A stretch of DNA of 62,759 nucleotides, filler included, from Sphacelaria rigidula (GCA_964200075.2; 6 parts of 6 records of this genome joined end to end with filler, not necessarily neighbours in it); one strand, 5' to 3'. Counted from the whole stretch's first letter, positions 49,197-62,759 are shown. The notes: generated by a model not told the origin, from the sequence alone. A program made the numbers and translations.

Positions 49197-52100
49197 GTGA
49201 GGATGCTTGATGGGCTGAGGGAGTACAGGCTCTAGACCTCGGGAGATGGTCCGTGCGAAAATGTGTGTATGTGTGTTGGGTTATGGGCGCATTTGCTGAG
49301 TCTCGTAGCATTGGTATGTACATTTTTGGTTTGAACCTGAACCGTTGAGGTCGTCACACATGAATCATACTCGTATTTTAAATCAACAGAAGCAAACTGT
49401 CAAATGCCCGTACAAGTAGTACAATACAGTACAGTACAGTACAGTACAACAGAAACGTACATCTGCAGTATTGTCTTGCACGCCGCGGAGTTCAATACCC
49501 TCGGTTGCACAGCCATCTGACGAGTCTTGCAACGGGATCGATGCTCTCGAGAAACAAGACCCTGCACCCCCGCAAGATCCCGCTCACCAGGAGATTTTTG
49601 GCAAGATCAACCAATGGCACACCTCCGACAGCGTCGCCTCCGCACATTTAGAGAAATCGAATAAAAGTCACCACGAGTCTTTTTTTGCTGTCCTGTCTGC
49701 GATGTACATCAACAGTGGGTGGCCCTATATTTTGTCTGCAGAGCCGGGTAGTGCCAGTCAACATCTACCCCTCCCCCCTGCCATCCCATCTATTCTGGAC
49801 GCCGGTCTACACCTTTCGGTAAATATTGGCGCACCAGCGGGGATCACACAGGAGGAAGGCCAACACAGAAGTTTTTTCCTTTTTGTTTGTTTTAGTTCTC
49901 AACCTTCTTCTACGTTTCACGACCAAAAATCCACCCGAAAAAAGGAACTAATAATAAACGCCGAGGAATGAACTCGTCAGTAGGTGGTCGCACCTGTGCC
50001 GAGGCTCTCATGAATAGAGCACACGCTTCATCACTCATTAACCCTTAGACCGCGACATCAGTCTTTCTGGATCATGCATACTTTTTTTCACTTGAAATTG
50101 ATACCGATTCAACAGAAGACTAACCTCGCGGTCTAAGGGTCAAGTTGGTTTAGTATAGGAGAGCTGTAGCGCTTGAGATCGCGTAGTTCTCGGCACAGGA
50201 AGCAAACCGGCCTACGGCACTTCACAGCCCCCCGGATACACACAACAACTAGGGAACCTGGTTAAACGTTTTGCTCAAGTCGCGACAGCGGACGGGAAAA
50301 TCCGCCTCAAAAGCCGAAAACACTTCATTTTAATATATTTTTGGGGTTGTTGTCGCCGATGATTGAAATTACGGCCTATCAGATCGGGATTTTTGTTTTC
50401 CACCGCACAATTTCGATCAAAAACTAATGTGCTCAGACACCACCTCAGTGTCACGCGCAAACGCAATAAAGTAACTTAGGGACTTAGCTTGGGTGTGTGG
50501 GAAGCGCACGCAACAAACGGCAGTTCAATCCTCCGCTTCGTTGCCGAGATTTGAGCGTTGCGCGATCCGCACAATAGCACACTCCAACAAAATGGGCACA
50601 ACAACAACACGAGTAGCAGTTTGGATCTTCCTATTGTTGTGACCCTGTGTACAGGTGTACAGAAACGTCAGTCACAGGTTTGTTGTAGAATCTACCATAA
50701 TAATGGTACATTTTGTATGAGCGTGCTCGTCATTTCCAGGTGAGGGGTGTATTTTAGTGATATGATTCGCCCGATTACGATCCAGTTCTCACGCATACTA
50801 CAGCGGTCGGGGCGGACTTACCCGAAACATTGTACCCCAAAGCGGCCCCCATTCCGACCCATAACTGTTGTCATGAGGCTCACAGGCAGTACTAGCTGTT
50901 TCACATGGGCCTGCCTACGCAGACCTGTAGACCGCGACATGAATCTTCGTTTGCGACAATACAAAGAGGGCAATGGCCTAGAAAAAGTATATCTTCTCGT
51001 TTTCTGCCCAAGAAAGGTACGAAAAATGGCCAGAAACGCGAATACAGCAAAGCACGCCTATTTTACCGTTTTCGCTCCGAATTTTTCACGCACATCACCC
51101 GGGGGGGCCACTGGCACCCGGGCCTCGAGAGAACCCGAAAAAAAACATCTTACTCGCGAGATATGGTCACGCGAAAACGGACATCTCGCCTCCAGAAACC
51201 GCTTGCCCTTTCGACGTCAACTTTCGTCCAGGTATACCTGATCTAGGAATTATGTTTCGAGCGTACCTTATCTGGGCCACCGATCGGCCGAGAATATACC
51301 TGCGCTAGGCCATCGCTCTCTACACTGTACCTGATGCGGCACATCGCGCGCAAGGGAGTCTAGGCGCCAGCTTCAACCATGGCGCCCACACATTCGGCTC
51401 TCTTCCCGCTCATTTGCCGTTCACGGACGACACAACGACCACGCCCCTTTCTCCCGGGAAATGGTTCCCGAGTCTCTCCGCATCGACAAAATAACTGGAC
51501 TCACAACTCACAGCGCGTCGGTCTTTTGTGATCCCGGAGCTTGTGGAACACCGTACCGTTGCGATCTCGGAGCTGGTGTCAGGATCAAGCTAGGCTCTTC
51601 CGTCACCAACGGGCGGTTGTCGCATCATCGATGATTGGTTCGAGCAACGGATTCAATACTTGCCGTCACGCATATAGGAAAAGGAAGACAACAGTACTAG
51701 TGTTCAGTGCTGCAGTACAGAGTAATGTGCGCCCAACAACAACACTGGCGGAACACAACTATCACGTCTATCGGGACAGTGCATAGCAATCACCAACGGC
51801 CGGCGAGAAGTTCGGATTGTGTCCGCAAAAGATGTGTGAATGAAAGCTGCAAATAAAGGCAGGACCACTGTAGAGCTTGGTATTTCGTTTGATGAGACCT
51901 TGCCGGATGGCAGTGCTACGTGATTTTTAAGACGGACACTGATTTACCGATTGCCACGGTATGTCATTGTAGCAGGCTTGTTAACCGGAGTTGGGCTACA
52001 AATATGCATGGTTGACATATTTTATAAGTATCGCTACCCCTAAGGTCGGGTGTTATGGTACACAGATTTTTGGCCCACGGATTGTTCACTTCTGGTACAT

Positions 52101-52283
52101 TTGAGCCACTTTTTGACCCCCAAACAGGGAAAATCGTAACCACATGTCTTGGACACTTTGCATCACCTCACAGAGAGGAGCCTAGTCTGCTTTTCAGATT
52201 CGCTTGGGTCCGAGGTTTCGAGATTGACCGCTGAACAAAAAATTCGTGCGCAAAAATCTGAGCTTGCCGATCTACAGAATATT

Positions 52284-52383
52284 NNNNNNNNNNNNNNNNN
52301 NNNNNNNNNNNNNNNNNNNNNNNNNNNTTAATTAATTAANNNNNNNNNNNNNNNNNNNNNNNNNNNNNNNNNNNNNNNNNNNN
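52284..52383. other. Artificial linker N44-TTAATTAATTAA-N44
   Basis: Same spacer as 10378-10477. Confidence 0.97.
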
Positions 52384-52766
52384 ATTTTTTTAAAATGGCA
52401 ACAACCGTCCGGAGGTTTCGCCCCGGGTTGTTTTTTAACTTTGGTGGCCGTCTTTCTGCCCCCCCCCCCCCCTGTTATAATAACACGCATGCATGATCAT
52501 GAGTACACCCCTGTTATAATAAGCAGTGCGGACATTTTCTTGTAGTCTTCAGATGGAAAACACACCGCACACATCACGAGGCAATACATCTCCAACAACC
52601 AAGGCATGTTATCGGCCACCGAGAAAATGAGAAACTAGGCAACTCCGTCGGCACTCAAACCCACCGAAGTCGCCCAAGCCAGCGTTGGTGTACTGGCTTG
52701 AGCAACCAGACGCGGCGGCTAAAACGTTCTTGAACATGATAATGAAGCGAAAACATCCTCCTACAG

Positions 52767-55700
52767 ATGAGAGCGTGCGGCCTCGCCGGAGAGTGGAAGC
52801 AAACGCTTCGTCTGTTTGAAGAGATGCGAGAAACAGGGATCCCTCCGAACGAGCACTGCTACACGGGGGCTATCAAGGCGTGCGCCAAAGCAGGCGAGGT
52901 GAGCTCTTACAGTTGCGCGGCCTTACTATGGCTTATATAGGCCTCGCCTCAGGACCAGCATTACCGACGAGAGCACAGTGGGATGTGTGCCTTTTCTCAC
53001 CCTTGAAAACCTGGAACTCTGATTTCCGCATCAACGCTTCGAGTAGAGGAGAGCGTCTGTCCTATTCAGTCCCGTAGAAATCAGTGTTGTCCAGAGGCGT
53101 GGAACACGCCATGATGAAATTCAATCAGTTCGTCGCATTTTTCCGAGCCGCGGTACGACACAGATACTTCACAGCTCTCGCCCTAATTGACCCGAGGATG
53201 AGGGTACAAACATGATGCTCTGCACAAATAACTTGGTGGATGTGACGAGGTGCTATGGGTTGGATGGTGCATGATCAAGACGGATTGGGAGGACTCCTTG
53301 GGCCGCAGTTTCCGTTTTGGCACATTTCACAACCCCATCATCGTCGCAAAGGTCTCCAAATTCCGTGTAACGCGGGGTTACGCAACGGTTTCACACAAGT
53401 AATCAGCGTAAAAGGCACGGTGACTTCCAGACAACGTAGTTGTCCGCGTACAGGAGCGGCCCGCTCATACGAAGCTGAAAATCAGGCCCAGCCTGAGTTT
53501 CTTATTTAATGCAAATGCCTACTGACTGTGTTGCACTCTGCGCAGCAGTCGTCGCTGAAGCTGAACACCTGATTTGCTTCGAAATCTTGACCTAATTCTC
53601 TTACAACCTCGTTTATTACGAGCGTACTGCTTTTGTATGCGTACCTTTTCATACTCCAATATCCTTTCGTTGTGTCATCATTATGATTTTTCGCAGTCAA
53701 TTTTTCTGACGGCGATGGTGCCCAGGACACCGATTTATAACTGCAGAGTATAGAGATCTCGTCGAGATCTGTCGATCGACTCCCATCCTCCTCTTTGACA
53801 GTGAAGGCTTTATGCGTCCCCGGGACAGTTGAAGTTGATGAAAATCGTGTCGGGCGTGGGAGGCGGTGCGGAAACAAAGAGTGTTACGCTACACACAGGC
53901 AAGCACCCTGATCTGAATGCCCAGACAGCCCTCCTGACACGCGTGTTCTTTTCCGATGCATATACTGATCTTCTTTCTCGAGATTATTTATTGTTGTTGC
54001 CGAGATGAGGGAAACTGAACCATTCATCAGCCTTCAAACAGGCGTTGACATTGTGTAGAAACCCCGGGTCTTGATGGGCTATAATACTATCGGGTCATTC
54101 TATCGGGTTGTCGGAAACAATGTACAATCTTGGCGTTCAAATATGGTTTGATCACGATGATAGATCGTCAAACTGCCAGGACAGCTGTATGGCTTTGAGT
54201 TTGGGGGCATTCATTATACGGTACGAGTTAGATCCGCTGATTCATCCAGTCCACCGAAGACGGCACTCGATTGAATACTCCGATGTTGAAGTGTTTATCT
54301 CGTTGCTGCGAAACAGGCGCTGGTCATCAGTTCAATTTGATCCGAAATGACCCCATCACCGACAGAAAAGGCGCCTGACAAGGAAATATCAGAATGACAA
54401 CTGTGATGTCTGTTTCCCCCTCCCTTTTCCCCGCAACCCCTCATTGCTTCTCTTGAAGAAATGCAAGCTTATTCCGCTTTTCGACCATATCGTTTGTTCC
54501 CTGGTTCTCCCGCACATCTTTCGTTGCTTCACGTGTGCCCCTTGTAGATGGAGAAAGCACTGTCCTTGCTCCAAGAAATGCGTATGGCACCCGGCGTTTC
54601 CACCAACGACGCAGTATACCGATCCATCATATTCGCCAGTTGTGAGGCTGGAGATTGGGTGACCGCCCTTGGGCTTGTGGAAGATGCTCGGCGCGAGAAT
54701 CTGAAGCCAGGGACGGGTAACCTTCGCATGATAGTTCAGGTATGGATAAGCGAAATGGGCTCGTGTTCATCACCATGCTTGGAGCCCGGGTCAGCCAATT
54801 TTGCAAGCAGCTCCGGTCGTACCAAGGTCACTTCTCAGGGCAAGAAAATGATCTGCGGTCTCAAAAGCACCTCTCAGACTTCTCCGCGACGTTTTTCGCG
54901 CGAAATGATAGCCGAACGGATTTTGCCGCCCCGACCTGAGCTGCTTCGCTTTTCAAAATCCGGCACGTTTTCGCGTCTTCCGGTGCACGCGGTCTGGACT
55001 TCAAGCAGCACCTTCAATTTGTTTCTCCGCAAGAGTGGTCTGAGTTATGTAATCAAGGTTGCGTTCTGTAAGCCACGAGGTTCTTGTATACCCGGGGCAT
55101 TCACCCGGTTTTTACTCGCGCTCGACAAATCTGTACGAAACGCCTAACCTTGCCTTACCCGGGGTGGGGGTGTACCCTTGTAGAAATACCCGTTTGCGGG
55201 TAAGGTTTTCTGCACAACCTCCATACCGTTCCCGACAGGTTCTGTAAGTTTTATGAGACTTCAATAACTGGTACTCGACACCTCTGTAAGTTATGTAGAA
55301 AATTTGATACCTTACCGAACATACCTGTACCCTACAGAATACAACCTCGAAACTTGTTCTTGGGTGCATTATTCCAAGTTATTTTGTGAGCAGTCCATTA
55401 AGAACATAAAAACAGACGTACGGTCGGATGGGAGGGTGAGAGGTCGCCGAAGGCGGAGGATTACAGTGTCTCCTGCAGATGGCGGCTACAGTCGTCCACG
55501 TGGCGCAAGACTGGACTAGGCAGGGTAACCTTATTTTGCTGGACGTGAACCGAACGTTAGGGCAGACTTGCTTGTGCCAACAGGCGCATCTGTTGGTGCG
55601 TGATGTCGACGATGATGAGAGAACTTTGGCTGTCGTCCAGGGTCACGAGATCCGAAAAATATAGACACGACGAATTCTCTCGGGCTAGTCCGTCCCACGT

Positions 55701-58700
55701 TAGTGTCGGCATGGTCTTTACCGGGTCATTAACGTCTTTCAATCGGTTCCGCATGTTGTGGCGTTGGTGTCTATTCCGTATATACAACAATGTGGCCGCC
55801 ACAGCTTATTTTAGTTTGTCTCCTAGTAAAAGTGAGAGTTTCGAGCGCTGATGTGGTGCGGAGGAGCACAACGACGTCTTTTTCCCTCGTGATCAGCAAC
55901 CCGTGCAAAGTGTAAAACATTGTGTACACTGAATAAGAGAGAGTGAAACGCACGTACTCTCAAAGTGAGGGTGTGTATGAGTGACCACGTTATGGTCACT
56001 GACATTCTGAGGATCGTGGGAGACGCGGAAGTACTCAAATCTCAGGGACAGCTCAGGCAAGGAAGACGCTCATTCAAACTACGCATGCAATGCTTCTTCG
56101 AAACCCCTTTGGTGCGTGAATGTCTCTTCAAAAACCACGAGACACCTCAGTTCTTTCGCACTGATGGGCAAAAGGGGAGCGAACAGCTGCGCTCGATATT
56201 TGCGAAGTCGTGGAGTAATGGAAATCGGAGCCCAAACTTCCAACGCTCTTCTTTCATACAAGCTAGTTCACGCTCATCACTCAAAGTACATTCAGTGGAA
56301 AAACTCCACGCCGTATTTTGAAGTTAGACGCTGGAATTGCACACGTGTGTGTTGTACGAGGTTTTTTACTGTTTGATGTTTTCATCGGTTTCCGGGGGAC
56401 TCAGGGCTCTCGGGAGATCCTGTGTCCGCCTGGAACGCCCGTAAACCGGTGAGACAATTGTAGCAAAAATCCTCGTTCATCGAAATTCTTGCTTGGTCCA
56501 TAATACATGTGTGCAATTTTTCGGAGTCTAACTCCAAGGACGGCGTGAAGTTTTGCGCCTGTGAGATGAAGTTTCCGTGCCCGGTGCAACTCTCGAGTAG
56601 TTGATTTTAGTATGAAAACGTCTTTTTTGGGTATGTATAACTTCAACACGAGAGAAAACTGCATGTAGTTTTCGAGTTATGCAACGGAAATTTTGACGAA
56701 GTGTTCCTTGGAATACCTCGGCACGGAAGATGTTATTTTGTGTTTTCATGAGGCCTTCTGTTCCGGCTTCTGGGGATCTTTACTCTAGGGACCCCGGAAG
56801 CCAGTGAAGGTCGTAAAAATTTTGAACTATTTTCGGACCATACATTTTTCCATTTGGAGCAATACCTGCTGAACTGTCGAAGTTGAGGGCGGTCAGAGCT
56901 TTTCTGTGACAGACATGAGGGAAAGTGTCAGGAGGCTTTCTGGGTCTTTGCTGCGTATCATCAGTGGACATCTGATGATGCCGAAACCCCGCATTGCCGA
57001 AATACGATGGTGTTGACTACAACTTGGTCACGTCGAACATGTTCTCACCGTTGGATTGCCGAGTTGATGGTGGTTACCACGAGATGAATCATGTGGACAT
57101 TGGGTGGAAATTGTGTTAGGACTTTGTATCCTCACTTTTAGAACAATTTGAAGACCGCTGATTGGTCGAGGTTCCCTGTCGCCCTCCGCAACACCCCGAT
57201 GGCCTTGAATGAAATCTGGTTATTTAAACCCCATCAGTTGTCTGTGGTGGTCAGTATAACAATGTGTATGCGATTACTGGGCAGGTTTTACAAAAGGCAT
57301 TCTTGGATCACACAATTTTGGGTGTTACGCGTGACTCAGCCTGTACCACCGTCAACATCAACTTCGTATTTCCGCCATCGCGAAAAAATGACGAATATTT
57401 CAAAGCGAGCCTGAATAGAGGCTGACAAAACGTGACCTAAGTTGTTTCATCGTAAAGGAGAGATCCTATATGAATATTTATGACTCCCACCTGAGACGGA
57501 TACATTTATCGCAAAATTGCACGAAATGCGCGTCAAACAAGTACAGCATGCTTCATTTCTGTTTTACTGATGAGCATCACAGCCATCAAATAGGTTGTAA
57601 ACTAAGCTATTCACTACATCACTTTGGGATGAGACGAAGAAAAGTTAAAATATACCGAGGAAAAAATGATGCCATTGCGGTCTGTCTGAACAGTTAGAAT
57701 GAATCAAACCATCGATTCCGAGCCATTATCTTGTTCTTACTCGCGCGTCATGGTCATTCAGATTGCTCAGGTGCGTGGATATGATCGTTCCCTGTTGTCC
57801 AATAAAGCGAACAAAACCCATGTTCAACAACAATCAATCAGCGCCGATTCATCCGAATGGAAGGGGGAACGGGGGCAAACGGACAGGATATGATTCCCCG
57901 CCGTTGATTGAAGAAAATGCGTGTTGTGAGTCGTTTTCTTGCGCTGACGGCAGTCTACATTTTTTTAATGTACGACTCAGATAGCTAATGGAAACCAAAT
58001 TTATGTGTTGGGTCATCTCACATTACCGCGGAGTCCGCCTCTGCTAAAAAAGTAGTTGACTGAGTATGTTTGACGGGAGTTGGCGCGGGCGGGAGTGCTG
58101 ATTCCATCCGCGAGACCAAAGAGCAAGGTGTGGACCGGGGAGTGATGGGTTGATACCTTCAGACCACGAACTTGTCTCGAGAAAAGGGAGGAGCTCAAGG
58201 TGCAACAGAGAGAATCCGTGTGAGAACCTCGAGCGTGAAGTAAACGTAACCCCCTCCCCGACCCCCGACCCCCGACCCCCGACCCCCGACCCCCGACCCC
58301 CTGTGGAGGGTTAGCGTCGGTGGATAATGCCGCTGTAAATGCCGCTACTCACTGTGTAAGCTACGGAACCAGGTTGCCTTTTTTTTTGCGCGCTCACGTT
58401 TGTTTTTTGCGGCAATCATGATGGTGGTCCAGCTAGATCATTTTGTGTGGGGCGGGAGAACCTGAATTCCGCGCAAAGGGGATGGTTATACTACGTAGTG
58501 TTCAAATGGTAAGACACCCACGAGGCAGCGTGTAAGCCGTGGCTGTCTCTGGAAGTGGTGGCACCAGACAATGAAGCAACTCATTGGAGGCTGTCATCCA
58601 AATGCAAGATGATCAGTACGCTTCGGGCCGAACAATTGTGACGGGATGCAGCTTTCCCTTCATGCAACTCGCCAAACACATCACGGCGCTTCGCGCCCGG

Positions 58701-60478
58701 TCATTGACTTCGAACCTGGTCCGCTCAAAAAAACCCGGCGTGTTCCGTCCTGGCTTTGTAGGGATGGGATGTCAGGGGTCATATCACTACGGCATGCATA
58801 ATCACGAGTATCCCCTCCCCTCCTCGTCCCTCCGTCCCTCCTCCTCGAAAGAGATGCATGGTCAACGGTGAAACGATTAAGGCAAGCAACAAATGAGTAC
58901 GCCCCCCTCCCCGCCCCCCCCGTCTACCTCCATATTATATACTGGCTATCAACCCTACAGCATTCCGAAGGTTTGGAGAAGATTTGAAGACGTCGTGAAT
59001 TTGTTTCTCCACAGATGCCAATTTTTCCCCTTTCCAATTGGATTTTCGTCAAGAGGATGTTTCAAAACCCCGGAGCCCAGCGCATCGGAAAATTGCGCTA
59101 GACTGAGTGAGGTCCTGTATTGTGTATAGTACAAGACACGTGGTTGCGATATTTCGTCTACTGGGGTCACAAACGCTGTCAAGTGTCCCGAACTGCAACA
59201 GCTCAAACATGGTGATCCAGGCGCCGTAAGATGTTGACATAGCCGAGTAGCCCCTCTCTGTTCGCGAGCACCAGCGCCAGGGACAACATTCCGTGTATAT
59301 ATTCCGTAGACCCCAGCGTCTGACTACTCATGTAGATTGAGTGAAGCACTTGCCTCTTACATAATTCCGGTGGTCTGTCCCCCTGAGATCTCTCTGAGGG
59401 GGCCTTGTCGTCCGAGGGGTTGCGATATTTCCCCTGAAGTGTCATGGATTATGGCACTTACGGTTCGTGTTGGTTCATCATCGTGGGGTGCTGTTGGGTA
59501 CGATGGTATTCCGATCCAGTTAGGTTCATGTGCTCACCCTGGGTGCACACGACGTCCTTTGAAGTTTCACCGAGATCGTTGTGACGTTTTGCGTACGTGG
59601 CCGTTCAGAAAGACCGCAAAATGCGCACATAATGTAGCAACAGTCGAAGACCAAGCGCTTTTATTGTGGTTGTGTTGGCTCCATCATGATTACCCGTACC
59701 CCATGCCGGCATGCCTCCGCAGAAGAGCGCGCCCGCACACACCCTCTCTCCATTCGTTCGCGGGACCGTCAGCCGGCGATAGTGGATTATGACAACAAAG
59801 CTCCTACCCAATGGGTGAAAACTATCACACGCCGCTGTTAGGTTGACACATGGCCAAATTATATGTAATCTGTTGTGTTACGGTCCATGACGCACCCAGA
59901 GTTGTTGTTTTCGACCATTTGTTCAGAGATATTCGGCTTTTACGATTTGTGCGCCTCAAAAAGCGTTGTAAGGACGTATGTTTTATGATGTTTACTGTTC
60001 TTCGGCTCTGTTTTGTTTCGTTCTTGTTCACTCATTTCAGTTTGAAGTAGATTGACAAAAACGAGGATTCCACTTGTTCAATAGCTTGCGTTGAAAAACC
60101 CTCCAACAGACATGTGGCCTGGCTGGAGAGTACGAGCGCGCTCTGTCACTCTTGGAAGAAATGCGATCGGAGGGCATGCACATGCGTAAAACGGGAGAAA
60201 AGCTATGGTGGCTGTTCAAGGACTGCAAGGACGAAGAGATCACAAAGCGCGCGTGGGCTATCATGGAGGTAGATGAGGTGCGGGAGCGCTCCCAGCGCAG
60301 GGCCCGTAGCAAAGCGGGGAATAGCAATAACAAGGATACGAGTGATGGTACGAATCCTTCAACGTCGACACGGCCATCACCGCCACCATCGTTAGCGGCA
60401 GAAACAGCAACAGCAGAAGCGGCATCGTTGGCGCAACCTGTTCCAGTTAGCGTAGATGTTGAATATTCACAGTCGTAG
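52767..60478 (+). CDS. Pentatricopeptide-repeat (PPR) protein, 3' part. Exons 52767-52898, 54548-54739, 60110-60478
   Basis: About 35-aa PPR motifs: ACGLAGEWKQTLRLFEEMRETGIPPNEHCYTGAIKACAKAGE/MEKALSLLQEMR...VYRSIIFASCEAGDWVTALGLVEDAR.../TCGLAGEYERALSLLEEMRSEG; phase-0 GT-AG junctions; stop at 60478. Confidence 0.88.
55500..57450 (-). mobile_element. Decayed Mutator-like (MULE) transposase relic in a PPR intron
   Basis: Minus-strand reading near 57270-57170 gives ILTTTDN*WGLNNQISFKAIGVL (cf. LLxAxxxDxNNQIxPxAxxV); near 56990-56850 SD...A..HFP...RYC (cf. SD..G..A..FP..RxCxxH); many stops. Confidence 0.55.
58255..58301. repeat. (CCCCCGA)n heptamer array, about 6.5 copies
   Basis: Direct reading of the sequence. 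Confidence 0.9.
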
Positions 60479-61801
60479 GGGTATCTCGTCCCTATCTTAT
60501 CGATGGTGGTGAGAGGGACGGGGGAAGGGCAGAGGGGATCTCATGCCATTTTTATTACCTTCATGACGCTGCTGGAATCAATGTTCGACTTGTCGCTCAG
60601 TTGTATCCACCTTCCATTTGTTCGTTGATGGAAATGTAACCGGTGGTGTGAGGACGACGGCCACACGTGAAGATAGGTTGCTTAAAGCTATAACACAGAT
60701 GGCCATGCCATGAATCAAGGTAACTTTGCAATTGTGTTCCAGCGTATGCAGAATGCAGCCGCCGAAATTCCGACGCCGGAGTTCCTTCCGACCGTGACGA
60801 TAGCTGATGATTCTTTCGAAAGAAAAAGGAGCACGGAAGGTGGAAAATGTACCAAGTAGCTGGCTCAGCTGACGTGCATCTGTTCGGTCAAATGGCTCTC
60901 TTTCCTCGGAAAATCCAATGATGAGTGGAACGGCGGAAGTGTTTCCCTGTCTTGTGACGTACGCCCCCGTATTCATGACTTGTGCGTATTTCCATACTAG
61001 TAGCATCCCCTTCCAGCAACTTTGTTCACCCTTTTGTGCTTGACGCGTATGATATGTCCGTGTGCTGAAAGTCGCTCTTCTTGTTGGTCGTGTTGTTATT
61101 ATTATTATTTTTGTCTTGGCTTTTCACAAGTCAAGGTTCTCCGGCCCGGTGTGTAGGTTGTTCACCCCGTAGCATCCTTTGAGTAAAGCTGGATATCCCC
61201 CCTCCCCCCCCACCCCAGAAATGCCATCATACCGTCCGGCTGATCCTACGGTGGTGTGCCTGGTATGCCTAGGGGGGTGTACTCGTGATTTTGCATACCG
61301 TAGTCATGACACCATGCACCTCGCATGCCTGCAAGGCGGGGACGGAGTGCACAGGGTTGTCGCCGTACCAGGCTCGCAATCACCGAGCGCGACGCGCCGT
61401 AAGGTATTCGGTGAGTCTCATGGGGGGTGAGCTGCATCCTACTAAGATTTTTCGGCCGGAAGCTTCCCAATTGTCTTGCGTTTGCATAGCAGGCTCGGAT
61501 GAGTTGCTTAATTATCTGGTATATTCAGTTCCAGAGACACAACGGGTTACACTTCCTCATACGTGTCCCCCTGTTTAAACACTGCAAATGCGATCCCCCC
61601 CTCTGCGCGTGGTTGAGGTTCTCCACCCCGCACGATGTGGTCCAACTCAACATCAGGGTTACCGCAAAAAAACGCAAGCGAGAACAAGAACAGTAACCTG
61701 TTTGCCAAGCTTCGGCTATGATCGGTGTGTTCAACAGCGTCGTTGCCAATAGACGCCATCCCTTCAAATGGTATGGTGGTGGTTGTGGTGGTGGTGGTTT
61801 T

Positions 61802-62620
61802 TGCAAGAAACAAAGGGATTCATAGGTATCAACACCACGTCACACCCTCGATTTGCACTCGTATATGTCAAGAAACGTTTCTGCTGGGTATATGAATGCG
61901 TGTGTTCGTTGATATCTGTGACGCTAGCAGGTTGCTAGTACTGCAGCGTCTAAATGCTGTTGAGGAACTCCCCAGCCCCACTGGCCTAAAGGTCTCAGTT
62001 GTCAGCCTTTACAACACCTGATCATTATTCGGAGTAAACACGTGCAGTCCCCTGTCATCAGGCCTGGGCTATACAGCAAGGGTAATCATCCACGGGATGC
62101 CCTTGTCCCCTGGTCACCATCCAGGATTCACTATATTCTCAACCGTAACGGCGTGATTTCGCCACAGCACCCCCAAAGCGCGTTGGACGAGAATCGAGCA
62201 ACAAGCTTGACACGCAGAAAACTGACGCCAAAACGATTGAGCAAGTCACGACTGAATCCCAAACTCAAGCGTAATGCGGGAAGCAATGGAACGAGTCACT
62301 CGCACCTTACGCAACTCCTTGAGAAATTCCGGAGATGCCTGAAAAATATTTTCAAAAGGCTCCCACGTACGCTCCTCGACTTCAAAACTTATCCAGTCGA
62401 CCAATACGATCAACGAACGATCCTCTGCCTTTGCCACGAGAACAATCCAAACCATCCGAAATTGCCCCTGGGCGAAAACGTGCTGAAACACATCCGTCAC
62501 ATCTGCCGTAACATTAGGCTGCGAGTCTGCATCAAAACGCAGACAGGCTACATGAGCGATCTAAACACGACCCAAAACAATGTTTCTTGTAGTTGCCTTC
62601 GAATTTTGTCACATTATGCA
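61802..62620 (-). mobile_element. Gypsy/chromovirus 3' relic: chromodomain plus a possible 3' LTR (about 62045-61802)
   Basis: ORF 62246-62500 reads LIVLVDWISFEVEERTWEPFENIFQASPEFL (chromodomain W....TWEP pattern); downstream purine tract AGGGGAC precedes TGCA...TGCA, a tentative LTR. Confidence 0.7.
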
Positions 62621-62759
62621 CCCCGGCCCCTCCCCCCCCCGAGGTGGGGGGGGGGGTATGGGGGGGTAGGGAAAACCTCATGAATCACCCGTTCGAAAAC
62701 AGTGTGACTCCCCGCGTATCCGACTGTTGGCCCCCACCTGGAGATTGCACTGAGCGCAA

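Noticed and set aside
11241-60478. Functional cluster of organelle-related genes (DHH-CBS, CS-OTU, PPR)
   Set aside because: The genes lie in different linker-separated segments, so co-location may be artificial.
62042-62683. 213-aa plus-strand ORF
   Set aside because: It is the antisense shadow of the Gypsy chromodomain relic.

Overview
Eukaryotic, intron-rich, transposon-dense genomic DNA. Gene structure, bipartite plastid-type presequence and repeat content suggest a photosynthetic stramenopile, probably a brown alga; this is inference, not a database match. The window is not one natural contig: it is six near-equal segments (10377, 10377, 10377, 10376, 10376, 10376 nt) joined by identical 100-nt N44-TTAATTAATTAA-N44 linkers, so adjacency across linkers cannot be trusted. 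Four spliced genes could be rebuilt by hand with phase-consistent splice sites: (1) a MORN-repeat protein (minus, 4 exons, 678-6706, 3'-truncated); (2) a DHH/DHHA1 phosphoesterase + CBS protein resembling the N-terminal half of bacterial A-adding tRNA nucleotidyltransferases (minus, 9 exons, 11241-16537, both ends unresolved); (3) an apparently complete gene for a signal/transit peptide + CS(p23/NudC-like) + OTU-fold protein whose catalytic Cys is replaced by Ala (minus, 10 exons, 33414-40535); (4) a PPR protein (plus, 3 exons, 52767-60478). The rest is LINE, Gypsy/chromovirus, MULE and possibly KDZ-type transposon relics, many fold-back MITEs, dispersed repeats and a 63-bp tandem array. There is no CRISPR array, rRNA or convincing tRNA. 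No multi-gene novel system could be demonstrated; the best single candidates for novelty are the plastid-targeted CS-pseudo-OTU fusion and the DHH-CBS protein.
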